From: Podarcis gaigeae
Lineage: Eukaryota
Assembly (NCBI GenBank): GCA_964106915.2
Contig: OZ066920.1
Length of the DNA: 64,000 bases
Direction: 5' to 3' (one strand)
Shown here: positions 1-12,309 of the stretch, one piece after another
Layout: every line of letters starts with the position of its first letter
Position numbering within the stretch: position 1 is the first letter of the stretch
Made by a program: the position numbers and the translations under genes
The notes under the pieces: model-generated
Database searches by the model: none
Told to the model about the DNA's origin: nothing
What the model saw: only the letters and a program-made list of their open reading frames with translations

Positions 1-2334
1 ATTTCACGAAGCCATGACAGTACAGTTTTCATAACTGCTAACTGCTCTGATCACTTTCAGAGTAAGGTGTTCATCCTCACAAATCAGACCCAAGTCCCCA
101 ATAATAACTAACTGTCCCATGCATCATGGTGGCTTTCCCATGTTATTAAAAAAAAAAATCTGTTCCCATAAGATGCATTTAGAGAACTTCAGTTTAACTC
201 CCAAATTATAACAAATGGAGGTCTTTCCACTCTTGCTGTCTCCACCCCTTGCCAGTTGCGTGAGTAAATTATGCATTGATACAATGAGATGTCCCAAGCA
301 AGAAACAGCCATTGGGAGAGCACAATGGGCCCTTGAGAAGAGCTCTTTTAGCACTTTTTCCAAGTCAGTCACAACCCAGCTGTTACCATCTGCCAACGAG
401 AGAGTTTGGCAGGAGCATTTTTCAAATGTCTGCCAAAAACCAATCTGTTGGAGAGAGGGAGGGAGGGAGAGAATAGTCCTCAAGCTACATTTCCTTAAGA
501 TATGAGAAAGTTTGTATAACTGAGAACAATTGACAATGTTGGCCATTAGGACAGAACTTTAGGGCAGAAGTCTTTGGCCCCACTCAGTGTAATGTGGAGG
601 AGTCCCTCAAATGTTGTATATCACATCTTTAAGTGAGTTAAATAATACACATTACTATCTGCTGAGAAGAACAATTGGGATGCACCCAACTAGGTTTTTC
701 TGAGAGCACCTAATTTAGTCATGCCCATTAATTTTATTGAGTCTGCTCTAGGTAGGGCTAACACTGGATAAAAACTTACTAATTTCAGAGTAAAAAATGA
801 GCTAAGTGCACTATTGAGGTTAGGTGCATTTTAATCACACAGCCCTTAGGCTGTTTGAAAATTATGAATTAAGGAAGTAACAATATATATAGGAGATTAT
901 ATTTCTCCACCTGTGTGCACACCAGCAAGGAAAAATAAGAAAACTGTAGGAAATGTTATTAATTTGTCATAAATGTTACAGAACTCAAAACGTTCTTGAT
1001 TTAATTCTATCTCTCCTCAATGCATGTGGACAGGTTCACCTCAGAGAAAGTCCAGTCCATTTTAATGTGCAAGCAGGCCTAAATGTGCAGTTCTACTGGT
1101 ACAGTTCAAAAAATCAAGTACTGTAATGCAGAAGTCGCATTTCATTAGCTGATATAAAAGGTGACTGAACACTGTCTGAAAAGAGTATTACTGCATAGGC
1201 TTCCAGTTCTGAAGTTACCCATCTCTCCTCCCTCTGCCTGATATTTTGGCACACATTCTTGGGTTACAGAGCAACATACAAATGCTGGACTACCCATGCT
1301 AGAACCACAGGTTGTCCCCTATGTAAGGTTGGGTTACAGGGTCCCTGCATCTCTAATGGGCTGAAAGGACCAAGGAAGTCCATGACACTCCTGCCAATGT
1401 ACCTTTGTTATGTGCTGCAGAAAGCACTGAAACAAGAGCATTGACACTTCCTGCTGCAATGCCACTTATAATACTGATTGCTATGAAAAGGCAACTTTTA
1501 GGGTTTCATTATTACTAATCAGCAGTCAAAAACGTTTCCGTTCCAAGTGGTTAGTGCTGTTCTATTTGCAGAAGAGAAACTGGGTATTTAAAGCATCTGA
1601 TCTTGAAAGAAATTGCTTCCTTTCCCCACCCTTTCTTTATGCTGCCTTGGCTGCAGCTTGAGACCCCATTTAACAACAGCTTTGACTTATTTATAGCATT
1701 TCTTTGCATATTTAAATGGGGCTTTCCATATGGTGTGAGTACAGGCACCAAACAGTGTAGCAATTAACTGACAATGAGATTGATCTTCACAATGGCTCCC
1801 AAATAAAGGGAGAGACTACTTAATGATCTCAAATGCTCTGAGATACTGACAATTGTGTTTGAATTGTGGAGCCTCTGTCATTTTCTAGTCTGGTGTTTGA
1901 TTGTTTGAAACCTCAGAATATTTGCTATGTACTTCTTGAAATTCAATTTATATGAATGGAACGTTGGTGGTAAACCTGGATAATCAGTGGTTTTCTTCTA
2001 GACACACTATCCTATATGCCTAACAGAGCATGATCTACAGGCTGCATTTGCATCTTAATTCAATGAACCATGGCAAAAATATAGCTGCTTTCTTGTACAA
2101 CTTGTATGTTTCTTTTTCTGCACAGAATGGACTCCCTGCAAGCAGTGGAAGTCCCATCTTGCAAATGTCCAGCTTGGTCAACGGAGCTTGTGGAGATAAG
2201 GAACTTGGCCTGCCAGGCTGAAAAGGTCCCTCCATCCCCAATCTAGGTGCCAGATTGGCTCTGCCAGTGTGTTTGCCCCGTGCCAACCTCCTCACTGCTT
2301 CCCTCTCCTGGTATGGAACAGCAATCCACCTGTT

Positions 2335-2520
2335 GGGACGGGAGCCATAGCTCAGGAACAGAGCATCAGCTTTGCATGTAGAAGGTTCCAAAGTCAATCC
2401 TTGGCATCTCCAGGTAAGACAGAGAAAGACTCCAGGTCTGAAACCCTGGAGAGCCACTATATGTCAGTGTCAACAATACTGAGCTAGATAGCCCAAGTAT
2501 AAGTCAGCTTCCTATATTAC
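2335..2520 (+). mobile_element. tRNA-derived SINE, Squam3-like
   Basis: tRNA-Ala-like head (GCCATAGCTCAG...TTTGCATG...GTCAATCCTTGGCATCTCCA), then the Squam3-type body (CTGAAACCCTGGAGAGCC...ACAATACTGAGCTAGAT...CAGCTTCCTAT). Homologous to 14737-14909. Confidence 0.8.
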
Positions 2521-2748
2521 CATACTCTGCCCCATCTGGCAAGCCATTTCTGGTAGTGCATGTTCTAAGGTTCAACCTTTAGTTAATGTATGGCAAAAAT
2601 AAGGTCCAGTGCACCTCATCAGGGTGTCAAATGAACTCTGCACACCCTGGAACATGCACCAGAATTTTCCTGCAACGTGCAAGAGTTACATTATAGCTAT
2701 GCAGGAGTTCAGTGCAGAAGGGTTTCCTGAAGATGTAGAGGTTGCTAG

Positions 2749-3108
2749 GTAAAGGTAAAGGTACCCCTGCCCGTACGGGCCAGTCTTGACAGACTCTGGG
2801 GTTGTGCGCCCATCTCACTCAAGAGGCCAGGGGCCAGCGCTGTCCGGAGACACTTCCGGGTCACGTGGCCAGCGTGACATCGCTGCTCTGGCGAGCCAGA
2901 GCCGCACACGGAAATGCCGTTTACCTTCCCGCTGGTAAGCGGTCCCTATTTATCTACTTGCACCCGGAGGTGCTTTCGAACTGCTAGGTTGGCAGGCGCT
3001 GGGACCGAGCAGCAGGAGCGCACCCCGCCGCAGGGATTCGAACCACCGACCTTTCGATCGGCAAGTCCTAGGCGCTGAGGCTTTAACCCACAGCGCCACC
3101 TGCGTCCC
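2749..3108 (-). mobile_element. Sauria SINE (POM/Squam1 type), full length
   Basis: tRNA-like head with B box (GGTTCGAATCCC on -) and (ACCTTT)n tail. 16-bp TSD A[T/C]GTAGAGGTTGCTAG at 2733-2748 and 3109-3124, one CpG-type mismatch. Confidence 0.95.
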
Positions 3109-3729
3109 ACGTAGAGGTTGCTAGCCAGCAATATAATGTATTTCCTCTTGTAGGCCAACAAAGTTCATAATAATTCTATCCTCCTTTGCCTCTAGTCACT
3201 GTGACCACCAGTGTTCCTTCAAACATTGCATCCTAATCCTTGCTGAGATCTTTTCTTTGCCAGCTTGGAGATTATCAAAACGTTAGATTAGAAAAAATAT
3301 TGATAAATGTAAGAGTAATCATAGCCTATGCATTTGGGAGAGGCTCTAATGTAATAGGCTCATTATTCAGGCTGATCCTTAATAACATTTAATGGCTTGC
3401 ATTTCATGGGCTCTGATAGCGCACAACAATGCTTGCTGTATAAAAAAGTCCTCAAATTTCTCCTTGTAAGTTTAGAGCCTTACTACCACACAATTATGTA
3501 TGCAAACCGGGTCCTTTAAAGTATTTTATTTGCCATGCACACCAAAAATAGAATATTCTTCCAAAAAAAATGTACAGCTTGCCAATATTTTTTTCCTCTC
3601 ACAGGCTTATTCACTGGCAGGTGGCTAATTAGTACTAATTATTTCTCTATAGCATTTTCTGTTTTAATGTTTTGTAAGCTGCTTAGGCATGATGAGATGA
3701 GAAAGGATATACATTTTGAAATAAGCATA

Positions 3730-3880
3730 TTAAGACATGCAAAGTGCTTTTCGGTCTTTTTAGTGCTGTCGCCTTCACAGCAAACTCATGTGGCAGTTCA
3801 CTTATATTATTCCCATACTGCAAATAGGGAGGGGAAGATTGAGAGTGCATGACTTGCTGAAGATCACACAGTGGCCTTCT
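3730..3880 (-). mobile_element. Old MIR/CORE-like SINE fragment
   Basis: Degenerate CORE-like text (TATTATTCCCATACTGCAAATAGGGAGGGG...TGACTTGCTGAAGATCACACAG). Confidence 0.5.
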
Positions 3881-3942
3881 GAGCAGTAAGCCATGCTCAG
3901 AAATAAACCGTGATGTACTGTTAATGAGCAGTGTGTATGCTG

Positions 3943-3990
3943 CTCAATTGCTCCTGCTCTGCTAGACTCAATTGCTCCTGCTCTGCTAGA
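3943..3990. repeat. Perfect 24-bp tandem duplication
   Basis: CTCAATTGCTCCTGCTCTGCTAGA at 3943-3966 and 3967-3990. Confidence 0.95.
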
Positions 3991-4051
3991 CCAGCCCTAC
4001 CATTAGGCAAAGTGAGGTGACTGCACTACAGACCCAAAATGTCTCCTGAAG

Positions 4052-4392
4052 AAACATAAGAAGAGCCTGGACCAGGTGAATGGCCCATTTAGTCCAGCAC
4101 TCTGCTCTCACAGTAGACAACAAGAAGCCTATGGGAAGCCTACAGACAGGATCTGAGCACAATAGCACTCTCCCCTATGTTTTCCATCAGCTGGTATTCA
4201 GAAGCATACAGCCTCTGACAGCATATAGCCACCAAACACAGCAGCCACTGATCACCTGATCCATAAATTTGTCTAAACCTCTGTTAAAGCCATCCAACAT
4301 GGCGGCCATCACTGCCTCTAGTGGCAGCAGGTCTACTGTGTGAAGACGTGCTGTCTTTTGTCTGTGCTGTCTGCCACAATGCCAGATTTATC
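4052..4392 (-). mobile_element. CR1 LINE 3' end fragment (degenerate)
   Basis: AACATAAGAAGAGCC...CAGG...GGCCCATTTAGTCCAGCA, ATCCATAAATTTGTCTAA and GCCATCACTGCCTCT match the squamate CR1 3' end in antisense. A related piece lies at ~25832-25912. Confidence 0.75.
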
Positions 4393-4787
4393 ATTACGTA
4401 CAGAGCAGTCTTGGTAACTTGTTCCTCCCAGACAACCACAAACAGTTAAAGCCAAGAACAAACCTTGCTGGCTTGCTCTTGTGGTTTGTTGAAGAGAGGA
4501 AGAGAGCATGAGCACCAGCTGACAGGTAACACTCGCCGTTTGTTTCTCCTGGAGGCAAGGCAGAGCAATGGATCAATGTGCACCAATTGTGGGAAGTGCC
4601 TGTTTATTTCTGACTGTGATTTATCTTTATGTGCAAGCCAGGCTGAGGAGAGCAACGGCCGCACATTATGCAACAAACACATCTGCTGTCCTCCCAAAAG
4701 TGGAGAAGTGTTTCTTGCAGCAAACACATAAAGTGTGACAAAGGGCATATGCATATGTATTATTAAGCACTTGTGTGTATGGAACTA

Positions 4788-5151
4788 AAGGTAAAGGTAA
4801 AGGTACCCCTGACCGTTAGATCCAGTCGTGGACGCCTCTGGGGTTGCGGCGCTCATCTTGCTCTATAGGCCGAGGGAGCCAGCATTTGTCCACAGACAGC
4901 TTCCAGGTCATGTGGCCAGCATGACTAAGATGCTTCTAATGAACCAATGCGGCACACGGAAAAGCCATTTGCCTTCCCGCCGGAGCGGTACCTATTTATC
5001 TACTTGCACTAGCATGCTTTTGAACTGCTAGGTTGGCAGGAGCTGGGACCGAACAACAGGAGCTCACCCTGTCGCGGGGATTTGAACTGCTGAGCTTCTG
5101 ATCGACAAACCCTAGGCTCTGTGGTTTAGACCACAGCACCACCCGTGTCCC
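4788..5151 (-). mobile_element. Sauria SINE, full length
   Basis: (ACCTTT)n tail and tRNA-like head. Perfect 14-bp TSD TGTGTATGGAACTA at 4774-4787 and 5152-5165. Confidence 0.95.
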
Positions 5152-5682
5152 TGTGTATGGAACTAGGGACATGTTTATTTCTTTCATTCAAAGCCTGTGT
5201 TTCTTCGACAGAACTGAAGGGAGAATACATGGAGTGGCCAATTTGCCACCCTCAAGGCACTGAACAGACCCAGAACCTTCACAAGGGTGTGGTGTCACAT
5301 GCCTGGAACCATACAGTCGCCATCCAAACATATTGCTGTGGAGCTGCCCTAAGGTTAGAGTCTACATAGTATTTGAACCCAGTGTGTTTCCACTGGCCTG
5401 CTGAACATCACGGGCAATGCTTTATTCCACTGGATGACATTGGTCCTGGTTAGAAGTGTGTGACTACTACCCCTTTTAGGACATGGTCAGATAACATGCT
5501 GGGGTAACATGGAATTTCTGCCTAGTCACTAAAGAAGAATGTATCCTAAGTAGAGTGAGGTTTTGACAGATGTGCTGAAGTCACAAACCTTAACATCATG
5601 CCTGCCCATGAGGCAAACTGATGCAGCTGCCTCGGGTGGCAGAATCCCATGGGCAGCTCTCCTGCAGGCGCACTGTTTGCCC

Positions 5683-5719
5683 CTTCTTCTTCTTCTTCTT
5701 CTTCTGCTGCTGCTGCTGG
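5683..5719. repeat. Compound (CTT)n(CTG)n microsatellite
   Basis: Direct reading. It explains the poly-L and poly-E/A stretches in the ORF track. Confidence 0.9.
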
Positions 5720-5954
5720 AAAAGCAGTGGTGGTGGCAGCTTCTGGTGATACCTTGTGAAAATTCAACAAGATCTCACAAGATCTTGCCGGAAAGATCAC
5801 TTCACTTCAAAAAGTGAAGATCCAGACACAAAAGTTGTTGAGCTTTTCTTTCTCTCCCCCCCCCCCCAAGTGATAGGCAAAACTAGTTTTTATTTATTTG
5901 AAGGAAAAGGTTGGCTAGGTGTTAATATTGGGTGTATTTATTTATTTATTTTTT

Positions 5955-6234
5955 AAAAAACACAAATTAAAATTGCTTCCAGTAGCACCTTAAAGACCAA
6001 CTAAGTTAGTTCTTGGTATGAGCTTTCGTGTGCATGCACACTTCTTCAGATACACTGAAACAGAAGTTTCCAGACCCTTCTATATAGTGAGAAGGTGGGG
6101 AGGGGTATTACTCAGAAGGGTGGTGGGAATGGGTGATTGGCAGATAGCTGTGATGAGCCTGTTGACGACTTAACGACTGCAATAGGTCTTACAGGAAAAA
6201 GCAATGGGTGAGAAGGTGACAAAGCCATTTTTCA
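5955..6234 (-). mobile_element. Penelope-like element (PLE) pseudo-LTR, young, truncated
   Basis: About 243 nt are nearly identical (about 3 differences by eye) to the reverse complement of ~36033-36276. Contains a hammerhead motif and ends in a short inverted piece TGACAAAGCCATTTTTCA. Confidence 0.85.
6016..6053 (-). ncRNA. Minimal type I hammerhead ribozyme motif (PLE-associated)
   Basis: The - strand reads GUAU-CUGAAGA-A-GUGUG-CAUG-CACAC-GAAA-GC-UC-AUAC: conserved core, 5-bp stem II, 4-bp stem I and palindromic AGCU stem III. Confidence 0.8.
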
Positions 6235-6279
6235 TTCAAGATGACTAATGAAAGTAAAAATCAGGCAGCTTTGGGGTTG

Positions 6280-6425
6280 GCTTGAGACTAAGTCATGATT
6301 AGAATTGCTGTTGGCACCCGTCTGTCTCAGGAGATGAAGAGTGTGCCTTCAGGGGTGAAGTCAAGCCATTGGGGAGTTACAGCACCTGCTGTGGCTGTAG
6401 AGACTGAAAAAGCTGGGACAGATGA
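6280..6425 (+). mobile_element. RTE-clade LINE 5' end fragment with decayed HDV-like ribozyme fold
   Basis: TTGGCACC...GTCTCAGGAGA...GGGGTGAAGTCAA followed by GGAGTTACAGCACCTGCTGTGGCTGTAGAGAC resembles squamate RTE 5' UTRs. Nested P1/P2/P4 pairings are visible. Confidence 0.5.
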
Positions 6426-8361
6426 AGGAGTATGGTTGTGCTGATGCAAATGTACCATGGCATTTCTTCTTTCTGAGCTTCTCCAGGTGGTCATTCCTCT
6501 GCTGATCATTGCTGAGGATACACAACCTGGCTGAGTAAACCCAGTAAATTTCAGTGGATTAAGTAAGCATGACTAAGGCTGGACCTAACCTTTAAAATTC
6601 ACCAGTAATGGCATCAAAACAATAAAACCCACAGTTAGACTGTTTTTAAGCAGTCCAATCACCATATTTAGTGCCTTAGATACATTTAAATGTAGATACA
6701 TTTCCTGTTTCTTAGATACATTTAAATACTTTATTTCTATGAAAGAAGGTCATTATGTCATTGTGAACTTTGAAGCCGAGTGTGTATATGTAAGCTGAGC
6801 TGTGAAATATGTAGACATACAACCCAGTAACATGCAGTCCACTGAACTGGGTCGTTTTTGGGACAGGAACAGAGAGGGCAAGGTAATCCGGCTACATCTC
6901 CCTCTTTTGTCTTGTCAAGCACTTAGACAAAAGTCATTTTGTTACATGAGGGGATGGAGCCTTCAATTTAATCTGTAGGAAAGAATAGGTTGCAATGCCT
7001 TTCCCCACCTGTTGGGTTTTAAACAGCCACCCCATCTTGATGCCTTCCAGATGCAATTGTGCTGCAGCTTCCATCATCCCTGACTATTGACCATGCAGAC
7101 TGGAGCTAAAGGGAGCTAGTCCACAATATCTGGAGGACACCATAAAGCTGTTTTAAATAGTTGGGTGCAAATTCCTTTAGAAGTATACCTAGTCTGTGAT
7201 TAGATAGCACAGCAGGTGACTAGGAGCATTGGTAAGTTTGCTCCAGCATTTTTTTTTTGCTGCTTGACAGATCAGATGTTTGTGAGCAGGCTGTCTGGTT
7301 TTAATGGATTACTATTTATCATTCTCTGATAATAATAAAAAAAAACACTCCACTCTTACCCTGTCTGTAAGCAAGGTTGTTTCTTTCCATTGTTTGATAA
7401 GAACCAGCTCTTTAGGCTCAGCAAATGAGAGACCCAGGAGTGGGGTAGATGGCAGCATTACTGCTTTCTCCCCTTTTTTAATGCTTTCTTTCTTGTCTTT
7501 CTCAGCAGAAAGCTACATCTGAACATTAATGGCCACAATCAGTTTGGGTTCATTTCACTTGGCAGGTGGGCCATTAATTGAAATATGAAATAGGAATTCT
7601 GAAGATCTATTTTTAATCTGCCCCTCAGGCAGACTTTGATGTGTTTCCAAGTATTCTGGCTAGACTGCTATAATGGACTCGCATCACAGCTATTTTCCTC
7701 TGTTCAAAGGCACACACAAACAAAAAAAACCACACACACATAGATAAACAGACACAAAAGCAAAACAGGCACACAACTTGTCAGCAATTCAGCATTCTCT
7801 ACACAAGGTAATTCTGTGGTTTATTTTTAATTTGCCTTAAATGACAGCAGAAAATGTATAACTATAGATAGGCTTAGTTTATTAGCCCATGCAACATCTC
7901 TGGGAAAAGGGTGTTGTCAAAAGAAGGAAACATTTGGAGGGATAAAGGGAAGGAACAAATGAAATCCTTCATAGAAAGTGGGATGCCAGTGATGGCTCCA
8001 TAGAAAAATATTGAGGGAATGGAAGGCAAATGGGAAAGGAAAGGTAGAGCTCATCCTCTCAGAATCTCTTATTTTAAAGCTTCTCAAATATTATATTAAT
8101 ACATTACAATAATATTCATAGCCTAAAAATATTTCCTTAGAAGTAACACTGATATCAGTAAGATTTCTATTCAGGTGAGTTTGTTATAGGATTATATCCT
8201 TGCAGCATGATCTTGCGTGGGTCTACACAGAAGCAAGCAGCACCAAGCTGAGTGGACTTATTCCTAAGTGTGTACAGAATTGCATCTTTCACTTAAATCC
8301 TAATTCAAGTTTCTAGGTTTTTCTGAGTAGTTTTATAAAATTTATGTATGTTCTCAATGTA

Positions 8362-8603
8362 CAGTGGTACCTCGGGTTACATACGCTTCAGGTTACATAC
8401 GCTTCAGGTTACACACTCCGCTAACCCAGAAATAGTGCTTCAGGTTAAGAACTTTGCTTCAGGATAAGAACAGAAATCGGGCTCCAGCGGCGCAGCAGCA
8501 GCGGGAGGCCCCATTAGCTAAAGTGGTGCATCAGGTTAAGAACAGTTTCAGGTTAAGAACGGACCTCTGGAATGAATTAAGTACTTAACCCGAGGTACCA
8601 CTG
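8362..8603. mobile_element. Tc1/mariner (Tigger/pogo-like) MITE, family A
   Basis: TIR CAGTGGTACCTCGGGTTA / TAACCCGAGGTACCACTG, TA TSD on both sides, internal TTCAGGTTA sub-repeats. Confidence 0.92.
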
Positions 8604-9039
8604 TACTGCTAAAGATTGATCCACTCACTCAGAAACACTGACCCTGAGTGGAGTAGTTTGGAACCCATTTCCCCCCAATTTTCTGGTTTATCTCTGTATT
8701 AGTTTAACCCAAATTTACAGTGGGGGAGAAGTGAAACTGGTGTTGTTTGAGAGTCATGTCATGTGGACCATGCAAGTTAAATAGGAAATCAAACAGATAC
8801 AATCACACAATAAACTCCAGTCTGGACAAGCCTTCAGATAATTCAGCCTGCAGGTTAGGATAGACTTTTACAGCTTGCATGCCACATGCCACCACAAGCC
8901 AAGTGTGGTGGCCCATCAAACTTTAATAAAACTAATGTTTTTGCTTCCCTTCTGACAGTTTTAAAAACAAGGTGTTACCCAGAAACTGGTAGATCACAGG
9001 AGATAGTTGGTAGGCGGCTTTCAACTTAGTGGATCTGGA

Positions 9040-9320
9040 TTGTTTATTATTTACAGTATTTTTAAAACGTATACCCTGCTTTTCCCCTCCAACAAAGGAG
9101 CTGGTCAAAGTGGCTTAGAAACAGAAATAATCAAACCATTAAAGCACTAAATACAAAAGCAAAACACAAATAGTAGCACCTACATTCAATTTTTTATGGA
9201 ATTGCTGGCAATATGCAAATAAAGAGGAAGATGATCTAATGTCTTGGGGAAGTGATATGGGGTGCCACCACTGAGAGGACCCTCTTGCCCAGTGTCATCA
9301 AACCGTGCCTCAGAAGGTGC
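9040..9320 (-). mobile_element. Old L2 3' fragment
   Basis: TTTATT...ATACCCTGCTTTTC...CAAAGTGGCTT tail and GGGGTGCCACCACTGAGAGGACCCT motif. Confidence 0.5.
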
Positions 9321-10575
9321 ATACAAGAGGGGTGCAGCAGATGAATTTATGTATGTATGTATGCATGCATGTATGTATGTATGTATAACTGTTATAAAGT
9401 TTTATAATTAGGAACAGTAAAGAATAATATAAACAATAATTTAAAATAAACAACATTAGTAAATAAGCACAGACAGTACATTCTGTATAGTTAGCATAAA
9501 AAGGAGTCACATCAAACCTGTAAAGAATTAAAACTGCTAACACAAATACCCTTTATTCATTTTGCAGGGGAAGTGAGCTGTTCAGTCAACAGACAGAAGC
9601 TTATGGAGCTCCGTGAGTTTCTCCTTATTCTATTAACCACAACATTATAAAGGCTGTGGGAGGCAATCATTACCATATTCATAAGCAATAAAGTTGTCCT
9701 AGACTGACAGAAATTTGTCTTTACTCTTTCGACTTCCAGAAGATCTCAATTTATACGTTAATTTTTGTAGTAGGGCTGCTTCCCATACCTTTAGATACCA
9801 GTAAAAAATAGCTGTCCCAACAGCTGATGTTTAATGAAAAGATGGGCTCTCATAACTTCAGGTAACTCAGTCCCAAGCTGCTTAGGGTATTCAATTCAAT
9901 AGTGAGGCTTCTCTGAAACTTAACTTTGATGCTAGAAGCTCTCAAGATAAATCTTGACAGTTGAAGGGCTTGGCCTCAAGGCAGGCCAGTTTTCAAATGG
10001 AAATACTAAATTTAGCAATCCATAAGCACTTGGCATTAAAGAAGACAAAGAGCCAACAGTGATTGGTTCATTTAGATTGCCAGTCTTGTCTGGCAGAATT
10101 TATTTTGCACATATCAGCCATAATGCACTTTGTCATTGATTTGAGAAATGAATTGCCCTGCATGAAGCTATCCAGTTTTTCTGAAGTTCTTTTTCTTTTT
10201 TTAAGGCTGCAAGAAAGCTATACAGTATAAGATATATTTGCCAGTGGCAATTTCATTCTGGTACAATGAAGCAGGTCCCTCCTAACAACTTGCACATCTT
10301 TGCCAAGGCCATTGAATTCACCAATCACTTGTATGGATAAGCTTTAATAAAAATGGCCAAGAGTTTTCCCCTATTTTTCTAGCTCTAATCTTGCAGCAGT
10401 AGCATTATGGCATCAGCTGTCCAGACATAATAGATTTGGTGTGAACCTTGCTAGAGAAAGCAAAGGCCATTGACCTTTGAAAATATTTGTTGATTTTGGA
10501 AATAGCAAGGTGCTCATGCTGGTCACTTTTAAAGGAGTATCTGAGCACTTATGTGTTAAAGACCAACCTTTAAAG

Positions 10576-10713
10576 CAGATGTGGGAGAACCTTTGACCTT
10601 CCAGTTGTTGCAGAACTACAACTCCATCAGCCCTGTCAAGCATGGCCCATGGCCAGAGATGATGAGATTTATAGTTCAGCAACATCCAAAATGCCAAAGG
10701 ATTTCCACACCTG
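10576..10713. mobile_element. hAT (Charlie-like) palindromic MITE
   Basis: CAG...CTG ends, perfect 8-bp TSD CTTTAAAG at 10568-10575 and 10714-10721, ACTACAACTCC...TAGTTC hairpin core. Confidence 0.85.
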
Positions 10714-12309
10714 CTTTAAAGAGTTTTTAAAAATAATAGAACTCTGGCTTTGGTGATGATGGAAAACTGCATCCTGATACAACAACAATTTCATCATGGA
10801 TATTATTAATAAATGATCAATTACCAATCATGCAGTCACCTTTAGTCACAGTGTATAAAGCTCAGTAAGATAAAGCAGTTGCAGACTTTATGTTGGATGG
10901 AAGGTCTTTTATTCTGGAAGGAATCTAACATTGTGTGAGCTGACTTTTGCTTGCACAATGGGGCTTCGCCTTCCTCTCCCTCCCAAAAAATGCACCCCCC
11001 AAATCTATTTAAAGGGGTCCCTCAAGCCTCTGGAGATTTTAAGGGCATGTGTGTGTAGGTGGGTGCCCTGTGTTTTATTAACTGAATTCCATTCTGTACA
11101 TGCACAAAGTGCCTTGTTCTAAGTACGCTTATACAACTCTGTCCTTAGCAAGCTGCAGAAAAGGGATGTCTCTTCCCCAATGCTTCCTGTCAGGAGTTCT
11201 GTTAGGGACCATGAGCCCTTGGTCTTTTGTCCTGAGCCCCAGATCTCCTATTCCTTTACCTCTTTTTTATTATTTTAAAAAAATTCATAGGAGACCATTC
11301 CATCCCGTATCACTTCACTAAGCCACAAAGGTTTAAAAATCTTTAGACCTATGAACACACTTAAATAAGACCTTAAGACATTTAAGCCATAAACTGAAAA
11401 AAACACTCATGGTTTGGCCTTTCAGTAAACTCCTTAATTGTGATTATGGGACTTTTGACAGCTAAAATGCTATTGCTCTGCTAGACCCATACTTGGACAG
11501 AAAATTTCATAACCCTTCACCGCATACCAGTTTCCAGCTGTATGATGAACCCTTCTTCTGCAGAGGAACATTGGACATCTCCTTGTGTGTAAACAAAAAT
11601 GTGATCAAAATTTGCACCCTTGCTCCCCAGATTCGAGCCCTTCATGCAAAGGGATGTGAAAATCTTTTGATTTTGGTTCCTCTCAGAATTGATTTACCAT
11701 TAGCTGTAAACCACAGGACAGATCTTGGCTACAGCCCATGGCTATCCTGGAGAGAGCTAAACCAAAAACCAGGTATGAATGGCAGGCTAAACCAAACTAT
11801 GGCTTAGATTAGCTCAACAGCAGAACTAGGGAGGGGGGAAAGTGGCTGCAACTTCCTCTCCAGGAGCCTACATGTTAATGCTAAGCAATGGATTTAGCTT
11901 AGCGTGATGCGCAAACCAGGCCATAACTCTGAAAAGAATCCTTAATCTGATGTCCCAGTCCTTGATATGTTTCGCAAGAACCACAGAAGAACAGCTAAAA
12001 CAGGAACACTGCTCTGGAATAAGCCTCTGCAGCATAGACAGAAGCACACGTGCTACTTCATTGTTGTGCTAGCAAGTCGTTTGGGAATTAACCACAAATT
12101 GAGAATAGCTGGGCTGCTAGAATATTCATAAGAACATTGAACAGCTTTTATGCAAGATGGGCCATATGGTAGGCTTCTGCACCTTCTACAGATATAAACA
12201 CACACTTCCAACCTCATAAGCAAGCACGTGCTGTCGGTCGCTTTCCAGCAAAAGAACCTCAGAGAACTGCACAAATCTGTCCCTGCACTGTGTCATTTGG
12301 TAGCTTGTA

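Noticed and set aside
124-546. 140-aa - strand ORF and overlapping 96-aa + strand ORF
   Set aside because: No recognisable homology or convincing splice context. Lengths are compatible with chance.
5546-5817. ORFs with poly-Leu or poly-Glu/Ala resembling a signal peptide or acidic tract
   Set aside because: Produced by the (CTT)n(CTG)n microsatellite.
8375-8560. Regularly spaced TTCAGGTTA repeats resembling a CRISPR array
   Set aside because: These are internal sub-repeats of a multi-copy TA-flanked MITE in a eukaryotic genome. There are no unique spacers or cas genes.
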